Shown here piece after piece: positions 1 to 9,244 of a stretch of DNA of 64,000 nt. Within the stretch, counting starts at the first letter, position 1, and every line of letters begins with the position of its first letter. Position numbers and translations under genes: made by a program. A model generated the notes under the pieces. That model saw nothing but the letters and a program-made list of their open reading frames with translations. It had not been told where the DNA came from and made no database searches. Source of the DNA: Alphaproteobacteria bacterium (GTDB lineage Bacteria; Pseudomonadota; Alphaproteobacteria; UBA828); the NCBI GenBank assembly GCA_965237415.1, contig CBDEFM010000002.1:192001-256000 (forward strand). Direction: 5' to 3'.

Positions 1-37
1 CATAGCCCATAAGTGACGGGTGGCCGCGCCCGCGCGG

Positions 38-1387
38 TCAGAAGTCGATGGCGCGTCCCTTGCGCTCCCAATCGCCGTAGCGGGTGGGCTCCGGTCCCGC
101 CGGGCCGCCCGTCTCGGCAATGGATTCGATACTCTCTTCGGCGCCAGCCTCGGGCGTGTCGTCGACGCCGTTTCCTGACAGAGCGACCGCCGCTTGCATT
201 GCGGATTCTCGTGCCGCCTTGCCGGGTCGGGCCAGCACATCCGGTCCGATCGACGCGATATCGGCGAGACCGCAGAGCCCCATGGTGAGGTCGAGCTCGC
301 GGCGGAAGATGTCGAAGACGTGGGCCACGCCTGCCTCACCGGCGACCGTGAGGCCCCAGAACTGCGCCCTGCCGATCGTGCAGCAGTCCGCACCCAGCGC
401 CAGCGCCTTGACGATGTGGGTGCCCCGCCTGATGCCGCCGTCGAGCAGCACCGCGGCGCGGCCCGCCACCGCATCGGCGACGCGCGGCAGCGCGTCGAAC
501 GCGCTTGCCACACCGTCGAGCTGGCGCCCGCCGTGGTTGGAGACGAACACCCCGTCCACGCCGTTCGCCACCGCCTCGGCGGCGTCGGCGGGGTGGAGCA
601 CGCCCTTGAGCAGGAGCGGCCCTTTCCACACGGCGCGCAGTGCCGCGATGTCGTCCCACTGCATGCCCTGATCAGGCAGCGTCAACATTCGCTCGTGGAG
701 GGTGGTGAGGTCGTTGGCGTCTCCGGGCCTGCGGTAGTTGCCGAAGGTGATCTTTGGAATGGTGCGCCGCATGCGGAACAGCCAGCGCAGCTTGAACGCC
801 ATGTTGGCGATCTCGCTGGCCGAGAAGCGGGGCGGGATGACGAAGCCGTTGCGGATGTCGCGCTCGCGGTTGCCGAGAATTTGCGTGTCGATTGTGACGA
901 TCAGGGCCTCGTAGCCTGCCGCGGCCGCGCGCTCCGCCATCTCGTGGGTGAGCCCGCGGTCAGTGTAAATGTAGGTTTGGAACCAGCGGGGCTCGACGCC
1001 GGTCTCGGCCAGCTCTTCGAGTGTGCAGATCGAGCCGTGGCTGAGGCAATAGACGGAGCCGGCCTTGGTTGCCGCGCGTGCCGAGGCGGCCTCGCCCTCC
1101 GGCCAAAGCAGGCCGGCGAGCCCCGTGGGTGGGACAATGAGCGGCATGGAGAGCCGCCTGCCGAAGAGCGTGGTCGAGAGATCGCGGCTCGCCGACCCGC
1201 CGATGGGGCGCGGATAGAGCGCCACCGAGTCGAACGCGGATACGTTCCGGCGCAGCGTGTGCTCGTCGCCGGCACCGCCATCGACGAAGTCGAACACCGG
1301 GCGCGGCAGCACGCGCCGAGCTTCCTCCCGGAGCGCCGCGATGTTGTAAGCCCGCCGCTTCCAGCGGGGTTGGCGTTCGCTCGCCAT
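38..1387 (-). CDS. FMN-dependent alpha-hydroxy acid dehydrogenase/oxidase (LldD/glycolate oxidase family) with C-terminal DUF1674-like extension
   Basis: Motifs FDFVDGGAGDE, VSNHGGRQLD, DGGIRRG; start taken at MASERQ (1387) because the upstream part of the ORF runs into an IS end; ends ...GGPAGPEPTRYGDWERKGRAIDF. Confidence 0.9.
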   Translation of the reverse strand: MASERQPRWKRRAYNIAALREEARRVLPRPVFDFVDGGAGDEHTLRRNVSAFDSVALYPRPIGGSASRDLSTTLFGRRLSMPLIVPPTGLAGLLWPEGEAASARAATKAGSVYCLSHGSICTLEELAETGVEPRWFQTYIYTDRGLTHEMAERAAAAGYEALIVTIDTQILGNRERDIRNGFVIPPRFSASEIANMAFKLRWLFRMRRTIPKITFGNYRRPGDANDLTTLHERMLTLPDQGMQWDDIAALRAVWKGPLLLKGVLHPADAAEAVANGVDGVFVSNHGGRQLDGVASAFDALPRVADAVAGRAAVLLDGGIRRGTHIVKALALGADCCTIGRAQFWGLTVAGEAGVAHVFDIFRRELDLTMGLCGLADIASIGPDVLARPGKAARESAMQAAVALSGNGVDDTPEAGAEESIESIAETGGPAGPEPTRYGDWERKGRAIDF

Positions 1388-1459
1388 CCTGATCCTCGTC
1401 GTTACGGCGCGCCAGTATAGGCGGGGAGCGCCGCGCGCGCATGGCCGACCCGACGCCGG

Positions 1460-2863
1460 TGTCGGTAACACGCGATATGTCCGGTTTATGTACCAGATGA
1501 TCTGTCCGGTTTTAGAACGCCTCCAAGCCATGGAGGGCGGCGATGGGTCGGACGGAGCAGGTACAGGGACTGAGATTGATGAAGTTCGAGGAGGTTTACG
1601 GGCGCACCCATCGGGGTGGCTTGAGCCAGGCGGAGGCGGCGGAGGTTCTGGGTGTCTCGGAGCGCACCTTCCGGCGCTGGCGCGAGCGCTACGAGGCGGA
1701 GGGAGCCGACGGTCTCTACGACCGCCGCCTGGGCCGCCTCTCGGCGCGGCGCGCGCCGGCGGACGAGGTGGCGCGGGTGCTGGAGTTGTTCGACACCCGC
1801 TACTGGGACTTCACGGCCAAGCACTTCCACGAGAAGCTGGTCGCCGAGCACGGCTTCAAGCGCAGCTACAACTGGCTGCGGCTGAGCTTGCAAGCCCATG
1901 GGCGCAGGCGTGCGGCGCCCAGGCGTGGGGCGCACCGGCGCAAGCGGCCGCGCCGTGCGCTCCCCGGCATGATGCTGCATCAGGACGGCTCGAGCCACGC
2001 GTGGGTCCCCGCTCGATGGTGGGACCTGATCGTCACCATGGACGATGCGACCAGCGAGATCTACTCGGCCTTCTTCGTCGCCGAAGAGGGCACCATGTCG
2101 AGCTTCCAGGGGGTGTCCGAGGCGATCCGGGCCAAGGGCCTGTTCTGCTCGCTCTACGCCGACCGCGCCAGCCACTACTGGAACACGCCCGAGGCCGGCG
2201 GCAAGGTGGACAAGGACACCCCGACCCAGGTCGGCCGTGCGCTTCAGCAGCTCGACATCGAGCTGATCGCGGCCTATTCGCCCGAGGCAAGGGGGCGCTC
2301 GGAGCGCATGTTCGGCACCCTGCAGAAGCGCCTGCCCCAGGAACTCAGGCTCGCCGGCATCACCGAGATGGCCGAGGCCAACCGCTTCCTCAGGGAGCTC
2401 TACCTGCCGCTCCACAACGCCCGCTTCGCAACCCCGGCCGAGGATAAGGGCTCCGCCTTCGTGCCCTTCGCAGGCGCACTCGACGACATCCTCTGCGTGC
2501 AGCAGGAGCGCACCGTCGGCAACGACAACACCGTGCGCTACCACGGCCTGAGCCTGCAGATCCCACCCGCCCGCCATCGCCACCACTACGTCAAGGCAAG
2601 GGTCAGGGTGCACGAGTATCCAGACGGAACCCTCGCCCTCTTCCACGGCCCCAGATGCTTGGCCCGCTACAACGCCGACGGCGAGCCCATCGACAGCCAA
2701 ACCCGGCAGGCCGCGTGATCCGCTTCGACGCAGCCCGCCGGTGCCCTGTGGACAAGTGGACAGCCGCTCCGCGCCCGACCACTTCCCCACAGGCCCAACC
2801 ACATCAACAGAAGCGGTCAACTCATTTGGTACATAAACCGGTCAACTCAAAATGTTCTCGACA
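1460..2863 (+). mobile_element. Intact IS, ISNCY / IS1202-like (IS481-related) family
   Basis: TGT...ACA termini; long imperfect IRs sharing CCGGTTTATGTACCA and internal sub-repeats; 6-bp direct repeat CGCCGG at 1454-1459 and 2864-2869. Confidence 0.9.
1543..2718 (+). CDS. DDE transposase (ISNCY/IS1202-like)
   Basis: N-terminal HTH (AEAAEVLGVSERTFRRW), HQDGSSH, LYADRA, SPEARGRSERMFGTLQKRL. Confidence 0.92.
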   Translation: MGRTEQVQGLRLMKFEEVYGRTHRGGLSQAEAAEVLGVSERTFRRWRERYEAEGADGLYDRRLGRLSARRAPADEVARVLELFDTRYWDFTAKHFHEKLVAEHGFKRSYNWLRLSLQAHGRRRAAPRRGAHRRKRPRRALPGMMLHQDGSSHAWVPARWWDLIVTMDDATSEIYSAFFVAEEGTMSSFQGVSEAIRAKGLFCSLYADRASHYWNTPEAGGKVDKDTPTQVGRALQQLDIELIAAYSPEARGRSERMFGTLQKRLPQELRLAGITEMAEANRFLRELYLPLHNARFATPAEDKGSAFVPFAGALDDILCVQQERTVGNDNTVRYHGLSLQIPPARHRHHYVKARVRVHEYPDGTLALFHGPRCLARYNADGEPIDSQTRQAA

Positions 2864-2961
2864 CGCCGGTTGAAGATTCGGCCAAGGGGCGGCGCGGAGC
2901 GCATCGACGGTGCGCTTGGAGATGGTACGATGGTGTTGTCCGAGCATAGGCTCCCCGTGAC

Positions 2962-4353
2962 GAGCTATAGCTGAATCTTGGTGACGGTTTGGGTCAGGCG
3001 GCGGCTTGAGGTTGTTGCCTGACGGCTTCGATTCCGTCGATGAACTTTACGCCGACGATCAGCTTGGGCAACTGGTTGTGTCCGTCGAGGCGGCGCCAAC
3101 TGTTCTGTGCCGCCTGGGCGAGTTTGAAGACCATGGCGAGCGCCGTCTTGTTGGAGAGGCATCCCTTGGATCGCACGGTACGGTGTCGCACGGTGGCGAC
3201 TGTGCTTTCGATGGGGTTGGTGGTGCGCAGATGCTTCCAATGCTCGGCGGGAAAGTCGTAGAACGCCAGCATCGTCGCGCGATCCTTGACCAGGCATGCG
3301 GCCGCCTTGTCGTATTTGACGGCGTCGGTCTCGATGAAGGCGTCGAAGGCGCTGTCTGCGTCGTTCCTGGTCTCGGCCATCCAGATCTCCTGGAGAGCAC
3401 GCTTTGCCTTCGAGTGCTGGCTCTTGGGCAGCTTGTTGAGCACGTTGGCGGTCTTGTGCACCCAACAGCGCTGGCTGCGGGTCCGGGGCCACACCTCCTC
3501 GATCGCCTTCCAGAAGCCGAGCGCGCCGTCGGCGATGGCGAGTTCGGGCGCGACCGCGAGCCCGCGCCGTTTGAGGTCAAGTAGCAGCTCGCGCCACGAT
3601 TGGGCGCTCTCGCGCACCCCGTCGATGAGGCCTACGAGTTCCTTCTTACCCTCCGGCGTCGCGCCGATGATGACCAGCAGGCATTGCGCATCGTCCTCGA
3701 GCCGGGCCTGCACATGGATGCCGTCGGCCCAGAAGTAGACATAGTGCCTGGCCGACAGATCCCGCTTCAGCCAGTGCGCGTGCTGGTCCGCCCAAACCTC
3801 GGTGAGCCGCGCCACGGTCGAGGCCGACAGGCCGCCGGCGTCCGGCCCGAGCAAGGCCGCCAGCGCCACGGCGAAGTCGCCCGTGGAGATGCCCTTGAGG
3901 TAGAGCACGGGGATCGGGACTTCGAGGCTCGTCGAGCGCCGCGCATAAGGCGGCAGGAGCGCGGAGCTGAACCGGATGCGCTCGGCGCCCTGGCCCGTGC
4001 GGTCGCGAACGCGTGGCGCGCGAACCGCAACCGGGCCGATGCCGGTCATGATCTCGCGTTCGGGCAGGTGGCCGTGGCGCACCAGCCGTCGGCGGCCTTC
4101 TTCGGTGCGCGCCTCGGAGTGGCCATCAAGGAACCCGGCAACCTCCGCCTCGACCGCCCGCGCCAGCAGGGACCGGGCGCCGCTGCGCAGCACCTCGGTC
4201 AACCGATCGGAAAACGTCGATGGCTGGGAAAGCTTCAAAACGGTATTGTCACTCACGGCGTATCACTCCTTCGTTGGAGAAGTGGAGGCTCGATCACCCC
4301 CACGATACGCCGCCTTAACCCTTCACCCCGTCACCAACTTCTGGCCATAGCTC
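2962..4353 (-). mobile_element. IS256 family element
   Basis: Terminal IRs GAGCTATAGCTGAATCTTGGTGACGG (2962) and GAGCTATGGCCAGAAGTTGGTGACGG (reverse complement, ending 4353); no flanking direct repeat. Confidence 0.88.
2994..4256 (-). CDS. IS256 family (Mutator) transposase
   Basis: YFWADGIH, IADGALGFWKA, QRCWVHK, HLRTTNPIES motifs. Confidence 0.93.
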   Translation of the reverse strand: MSDNTVLKLSQPSTFSDRLTEVLRSGARSLLARAVEAEVAGFLDGHSEARTEEGRRRLVRHGHLPEREIMTGIGPVAVRAPRVRDRTGQGAERIRFSSALLPPYARRSTSLEVPIPVLYLKGISTGDFAVALAALLGPDAGGLSASTVARLTEVWADQHAHWLKRDLSARHYVYFWADGIHVQARLEDDAQCLLVIIGATPEGKKELVGLIDGVRESAQSWRELLLDLKRRGLAVAPELAIADGALGFWKAIEEVWPRTRSQRCWVHKTANVLNKLPKSQHSKAKRALQEIWMAETRNDADSAFDAFIETDAVKYDKAAACLVKDRATMLAFYDFPAEHWKHLRTTNPIESTVATVRHRTVRSKGCLSNKTALAMVFKLAQAAQNSWRRLDGHNQLPKLIVGVKFIDGIEAVRQQPQAAA

Positions 4354-4567
4354 TCCACAATGATGCCGAACGCAATTTCCGTGACGACTGCCGCTGCGTT
4401 TCCGACCTCTCCCACCGCATACCCCCACAGACCCATCGCCATGGCGGCCGGAACGAAATTGGGTATCAAACTGATCGGGCCGAGACGCACGCTCCTGAAG
4501 ATGAAGATCAGGAGCAAGGAGACGATGCCCATCGCGGTAATTGTACCGATCAGCATGTTTTTTATAT
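4354..4567 (-). pseudogene. Fragment of MMPL/RND-family transporter
   Basis: Hydrophobic IFRSVRLGPISLIPNFVP...IAFGIIV(E) segment, cut by IS256 on one side and the IS1595 end on the other. Confidence 0.7.
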
Positions 4568-5033
4568 GGCTCAATTAGTAAATCGTATGCGTCATCTTGT
4601 TACGGCGGCGGCGAGGCAGGCGCGATCATTGGCGCCGGGGGCGAGGCCGACGAGGTGGAACCAGCTCAGATAGTTGTCCAGATAGCGGGTGGCGACCCCG
4701 CGGCGAGGTCGCAGGAAGTCCTTCCTCCGGCTGTGGCGGCTGTTCACCGTCTGCACATGCAGATCGCCCCGAACCCGTTCCCCAATCGACCGGTTGAGTG
4801 CTTCGTGGCTCACCCCGAGCGCGGCGGCGCACGGCGGGTAGCTCGCGCCGCCGTCGGAGACCAGCAGGGCGTCCCTGGCGAGCACCGGATCGAGGGCGGC
4901 CGTGAGGGCCGTCGCGTCAACCCTGGGCAGCACCGCGCTGAACGTCGTCCCGCTCCGGTCCGCTGCCATGAGAACCGGCACCTGCTCGCGCGAGAGGCCA
5001 CGCTTCTTCGCCTTGCCGCCCCGCCGCCGTGCC
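4568..5033 (-). mobile_element. 3' half of IS1595-family element (transposase C-terminus plus terminal IR)
   Basis: RRGGKAKKRGLSREQVPVL, LVSDGGASY, HVQTVNSRHS, RGVATRYLDNYLSWF; IR GGCTCAATTAGTAAATCGTATGC at 4568. Confidence 0.85.
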
Positions 5034-5419
5034 CGCCCGCGTTTCCCAGCGTCGCTCGCGATAGCCGTTGCGATGGGTGATACGATCCGCCGAGCGCTCG
5101 CCGTGAGCGGCGCCGGTCAGGCCCTCGACCTCCAGTGCCATCAGCCGCTCGGCCGTGAAGCCGATCATCTCGCGAAGCAGATCGGCGTCGGAACTCTTCT
5201 CCAAAAGCGCGCGCAGGGTCATCATGTCCTGGGTCATCGTGGTTCTCCTTCGGGTCAGGTTGGTTCGCTCTAGCCCAGCCCTAAACCGGAACCGCGATGG
5301 CCTCCGCTGTGGATAGCCGGCTTGCCTACGCCAGACTCTCGGCGGTCGCTACGGCAAGCCGCCTACCCACAGCTACCAGAGGCTCCAACAACTCCTACAC
5401 CACGTCCTGGGACACGACC
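5030..5419 (-). mobile_element. 5' remnant of a second IS256-family element
   Basis: MTQDMMTLRALLEKSSDADLLREMIGF...HRNGYRERRWETRAG from 5237; left IR GGTCGTGTCCCAGGACGTGGTGTAGG ending 5419; fused to the IS1595 half near 5030. Confidence 0.85.
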
Positions 5420-5496
5420 GGGTTCGGTGCCGATCGGCGCGGTAATGCATTGATCTTACTGGATTACGAGGGGTCAACAAAGCACGCTTAGCAACA

Positions 5497-5940
5497 CGCC
5501 TGTCGGGCGACGAGAAGAAACTGTTCGACGCGGTTGCGCGGTCCTATCTGACATCGGTCATGCCCGATTACCGCTACCGGCAGACGACCGTGACGCTGAA
5601 TGTCCTCGGCTTCGCGTTCCGCGCGGCGGGCCGCCAGCCGATCGAGGTCGGCTGGCACGATGCCTTTCCCGATTGGCGGCCGGCCGAGGAGAAGGGCGAG
5701 GAGGCGCAGGCGCTGCCGGTGCTGCGCGACGGGGAGACCGCCCGGCTGCGCGATCCGGAGATCGAGGACAAGGAGACCCGGCCGCCGCCGCGCTACAAGG
5801 AGGGCACGCTGATCGAGGCGATGCAGAACGCCTGGCGCTTCGTGGAAGACGAGGCTCTTCGGGACCGCCTCAAGGAGGCCAAGGGGATCGGCACGCCTGC
5901 GACGCGGGGAGAGATCATCGCGGGGCTCAAGAAGCAGGGC
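5497..5940 (+). pseudogene. topB: Internal fragment of DNA topoisomerase III (plasmid/ICE type)
   Basis: ETRPPPRYKEGTLIEAM and GIGTPATRGEII type IA topoisomerase motifs; lacks both termini. Confidence 0.82.
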
Positions 5941-6131
5941 TGCCGTCGATACCTGGCGGGAAGATCGGGAGATTGCCCCGGCTCGAAGGCCGAGGTGACA
6001 AATGGAGGGCGGCCCGAAATGCGGTTCAATCCGAAAGGACTGTGCTCTAAAGGCAACATACCAGACTACAGAAGTGAAAATAGTTTTACGTAGTACTACT
6101 GAGTAGAGTGCCTCTATTGTCCTCGCCCGTT

Positions 6132-6260
6132 TCATTCGATCTCTTGCAGAAATTCGAGCATTAACTCCCGGCATTTCTCCGGTGCTTCGATCTGGTGCAT
6201 GTGGGAGGTTTCCGGGACAAAGTCGTAATCGACATGAAGCCACTCCTGCGGATCGCGGAC
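6132..6260 (-). pseudogene. Possible C-terminal fragment of alpha/beta hydrolase
   Basis: VPETSHMHQIEAPEKCRELMLEFL resembles the catalytic-His C-terminal segment. Confidence 0.45.
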
Positions 6261-6486
6261 GAGCTCGACGCAGCCGCGCGCAGAGCCCCGAGCGCGTTCC
6301 TTCCGGAACGGGGAGGCGCTTGGCAAACTGCCCGGATGCAACCCCGGCGCGCTGCGCCAGGCCGCGCGCGCAGCCGAAGCCCTGGGAAAAGAAGACGGGG
6401 ATGGTATGCGCCGGTGGGAGGAGGGTAGACACGGGGCCGTCCGTCCCCGCCGCCGGTCCCCGCACGGATACCCGCCGCAGCACGCC

Positions 6487-7692
6487 CTACCAGCGCGCTG
6501 ACATCCTCAACCCGATCCGGTCCTCGGGCGCGCGGTCGTCGTTCGCGGCATCGAGCCGCGATCCCTCCAGTCTGAGCTCGAAGCCCTCGCGCCGCGCGCC
6601 TTCGAGCCGCCAGCCGAGCCCGAACCCGATCACGTGCTCCGTCCCGCTGTTGTCCGTCACGCTCTCGCGCCGCGTGCCCTCTACATCGAGGCCGAACACG
6701 AACCCTTCGCTCCGCGCCTCTGCAAGACGCCAGTTGTGGATGTATTCGCGGCCGGTCTCCGTAAGGCCGAAGCCGATCTCCGGCGTGCCCGTGTAGCGAC
6801 CCCCGAACAGCGGGAACCCGTAGCCGAACCGCGTCTCGAGCCGGCGCTGCAGCAGATCGTCCCCCTCATCGTTCGCCGTACCCGGCGCCGGCGCGGTCTC
6901 GCGCCCGAACAGCGCGTCCATGCCGCCCGTCGCAGACGCCCCCACCCTCTGGCTCAGCGTGAACCTCGGCCCCAGGTCCGAGGACGGGGCCGGATCCCAG
7001 GCGAAGGAGCCCGTGAAGCCGCGCTCGCGGAAGCTTCCGTCCTCATGGGTCAGCAGGCCCCTGGCGCGCACCTCCGCTGCGATCCCATGCGCGGGGTCCG
7101 ACCAGGCGATGCCTGCGCCGATATCGGCCCCGAAGCCCGTCTCCGCGTCGCCACCGTCCTGGCGTACCCCGATCTCGAAGCCCGGCACGAGCGAACCGCC
7201 GCCCTCCGTCTCGATCCCGCGCCACGTCCCTTCGAAACCGAAGCGGACCCTTGTGACCTCCGCCTCCGAGGCCGCGATGCTGCCCGCGCTCCCACGCACC
7301 TCGTCGGACGCAGTCTGCACAACCATCGCGTCCGCGGTCGCCGCGAGCTCGAGCCCGCCGTCCGCTGGCGGCTTCACCACCACGCTGCGCCCGCCCACGG
7401 CTGCCATGCTGAGGTCCATGTCGGTCTCGATCGGCGCCTGGCCTTCCGGCGTCAGCGTGAGCGTGCCCGTGCCGTAGCCCACAACGCCCCATAACGACAG
7501 CCGCTCGCTCACGTCATAGCGGCCGTAGGGATAGACGCCGGTGAGCGTGCTCTCCACCGCGCCGCCGCCGGCCGGCGAGCGATAGTCGCCCTCGCCGCGC
7601 GAATGCGCCACCGCCAGCCCCGCACTGCCGCGACCGCCCGTCCAGTCGGCGCCCACCATCGCGCTCGCGACCTCGCCGTCGAGGGTGCCCAC
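6487..7692 (-). pseudogene. C-terminal autotransporter-like outer-membrane beta-barrel remnant
   Basis: LDGEVASAMVGADW, TLTGVYPYGRY, GVRQDGGDAETGFG; amphipathic strands ending in W; no passenger domain or signal peptide. Confidence 0.7.
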
Positions 7693-8076
7693 GAGTGTTT
7701 TGCTTGCGCGCCATTCCACGGTCTCCCGCTCCCGGATCGCGGGATCGCCGCCGGGTTGAGTCCCGGGATGCAGTGACTGCCCGGCTCCGGAAACGCGGTG
7801 CGGCCGGAATGGAACGCCCCCCGACTTGTCCCCGAACTCTCGCGGGACAGCCCTGGCGATGTCCTCGATTGCCGGGCCTCTGCGCAGCGCCAACTGGACG
7901 TCAGCCTGCTTGCGCCTTCTCCTCAATTGTTTGGAACGGTCATCGGCGATGGGTGTTATTCTGCCGGCGAATTGGCCGTCCCGTGGTCCGCGTCACGCGG
8001 ATGCGGATAAGGGAGAAGGCGCGGCGGATGGCATTGCTGACGTGCCTTTTGCATGTCCGCAGAGGAGGATCGCGCC

Positions 8077-9198
8077 ATGAATTCCACCAGCCACGATGAA
8101 AACGAGTCGCCGCCGCCGGAGGACGAGGATCGGAGTCTTCTGTTCGGGCCGCCGAAGGAGGGAACGGAGCCGGCAGGGGACAGGCAGAAGCCGCGCCGTG
8201 CGGGCGCGAGTGCCTCGTCGCCGCCATCCCGGACTTCCCCGCCTGCGGCGGAGGCGGTGGCGGAACCGTCGGACCCTTCGGGCCGCGCCGGACCGGCCGC
8301 GTCGTCCGACGGGGTCCAGCGGCGGATTCTCGCCCTGCTGGAGGACCTGGAGGAGAAGGTCGCGGGCCCGGCGGCTGGCGAGAGCGATCTTGCCGCGGCG
8401 GTTCGGAGCATCGCCGAGCAGGCGGAGCAGATCGGCGCGGCGACCGAGTGGATCAACGACGTCAAGGCGGCGATTTCGGCGGTCCTGGCGTCGACCGGCA
8501 AGCAGATCGAAGGGCTGGAGAGCGCACAGAAGGATCACGACGCGGCGTTGGCGCGGCTGAAGATCCTGGAGGAGGGGTTGGACAAGGTCGTGCAGGCGCT
8601 CGAAGCCACGGCGAAAGGCCTCGACGAGAGGTCGTCGGAGTTGAAGGAGGTCAAGCAGGAACTCGCCGAGTATTACGAGAACTGGACCACCGAGGCGAAG
8701 ACCGGCCTCGCCGAGATGAAGGCGCTGTCGAAGCGGCTCGACGCGGGCGACCATATGGTGACCCGGCTGGAGGGATCGATCGGACCCTGGACCGACCAGA
8801 TGGAGAAGAGCATCGGGGCGAACAGCGCGGCCCAACTCGCTGCCGCCGAGAAGACCGCCGGCAATGTGACGCAGCTCGCCACGACGGGCACCGAGTTCCT
8901 GAAGGCTTTCGCCACAGCCAGAGGAGCGGCACTGAAGGAGGCCCGGCAGGAGTGGACGCGCATTCGGCGCTGGACGGTACCGGCGCTGGCAATCGCCCTG
9001 GTGCTCGCCGCGCCGTTGTTTGTGTTTGCAGGCGCGCTTGGGCAGAGCGAGTTCGGCATCTTCGACCCTTATGACGATACTGGGGGCTGGAAGGAGGAAG
9101 TGTGGAAGCTCTATGGCGAGCCGGTCCAGGACTGCATGCTTGATTCCAAGCGGACGACGCAGGTGATCGGATGCAGCTTCGACGTCGTTTGGCGCTGA
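8077..9198 (+). CDS. Hypothetical coiled-coil protein with C-terminal membrane anchor (putative mobilisation accessory)
   Basis: GAGGAGG RBS before ATG 8077; disordered N-terminus, long heptad region, TM VPALAIALVLAAPLFVFAG, Cys-pair tail; directly upstream of the relaxase. Confidence 0.75.
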   Translation: MNSTSHDENESPPPEDEDRSLLFGPPKEGTEPAGDRQKPRRAGASASSPPSRTSPPAAEAVAEPSDPSGRAGPAASSDGVQRRILALLEDLEEKVAGPAAGESDLAAAVRSIAEQAEQIGAATEWINDVKAAISAVLASTGKQIEGLESAQKDHDAALARLKILEEGLDKVVQALEATAKGLDERSSELKEVKQELAEYYENWTTEAKTGLAEMKALSKRLDAGDHMVTRLEGSIGPWTDQMEKSIGANSAAQLAAAEKTAGNVTQLATTGTEFLKAFATARGAALKEARQEWTRIRRWTVPALAIALVLAAPLFVFAGALGQSEFGIFDPYDDTGGWKEEVWKLYGEPVQDCMLDSKRTTQVIGCSFDVVWR

Positions 9199-9244
9199 TT
9201 GGAGCGGGGCGGGCGGCGCTGATTCTGCGACCGGGGACTGAGGG

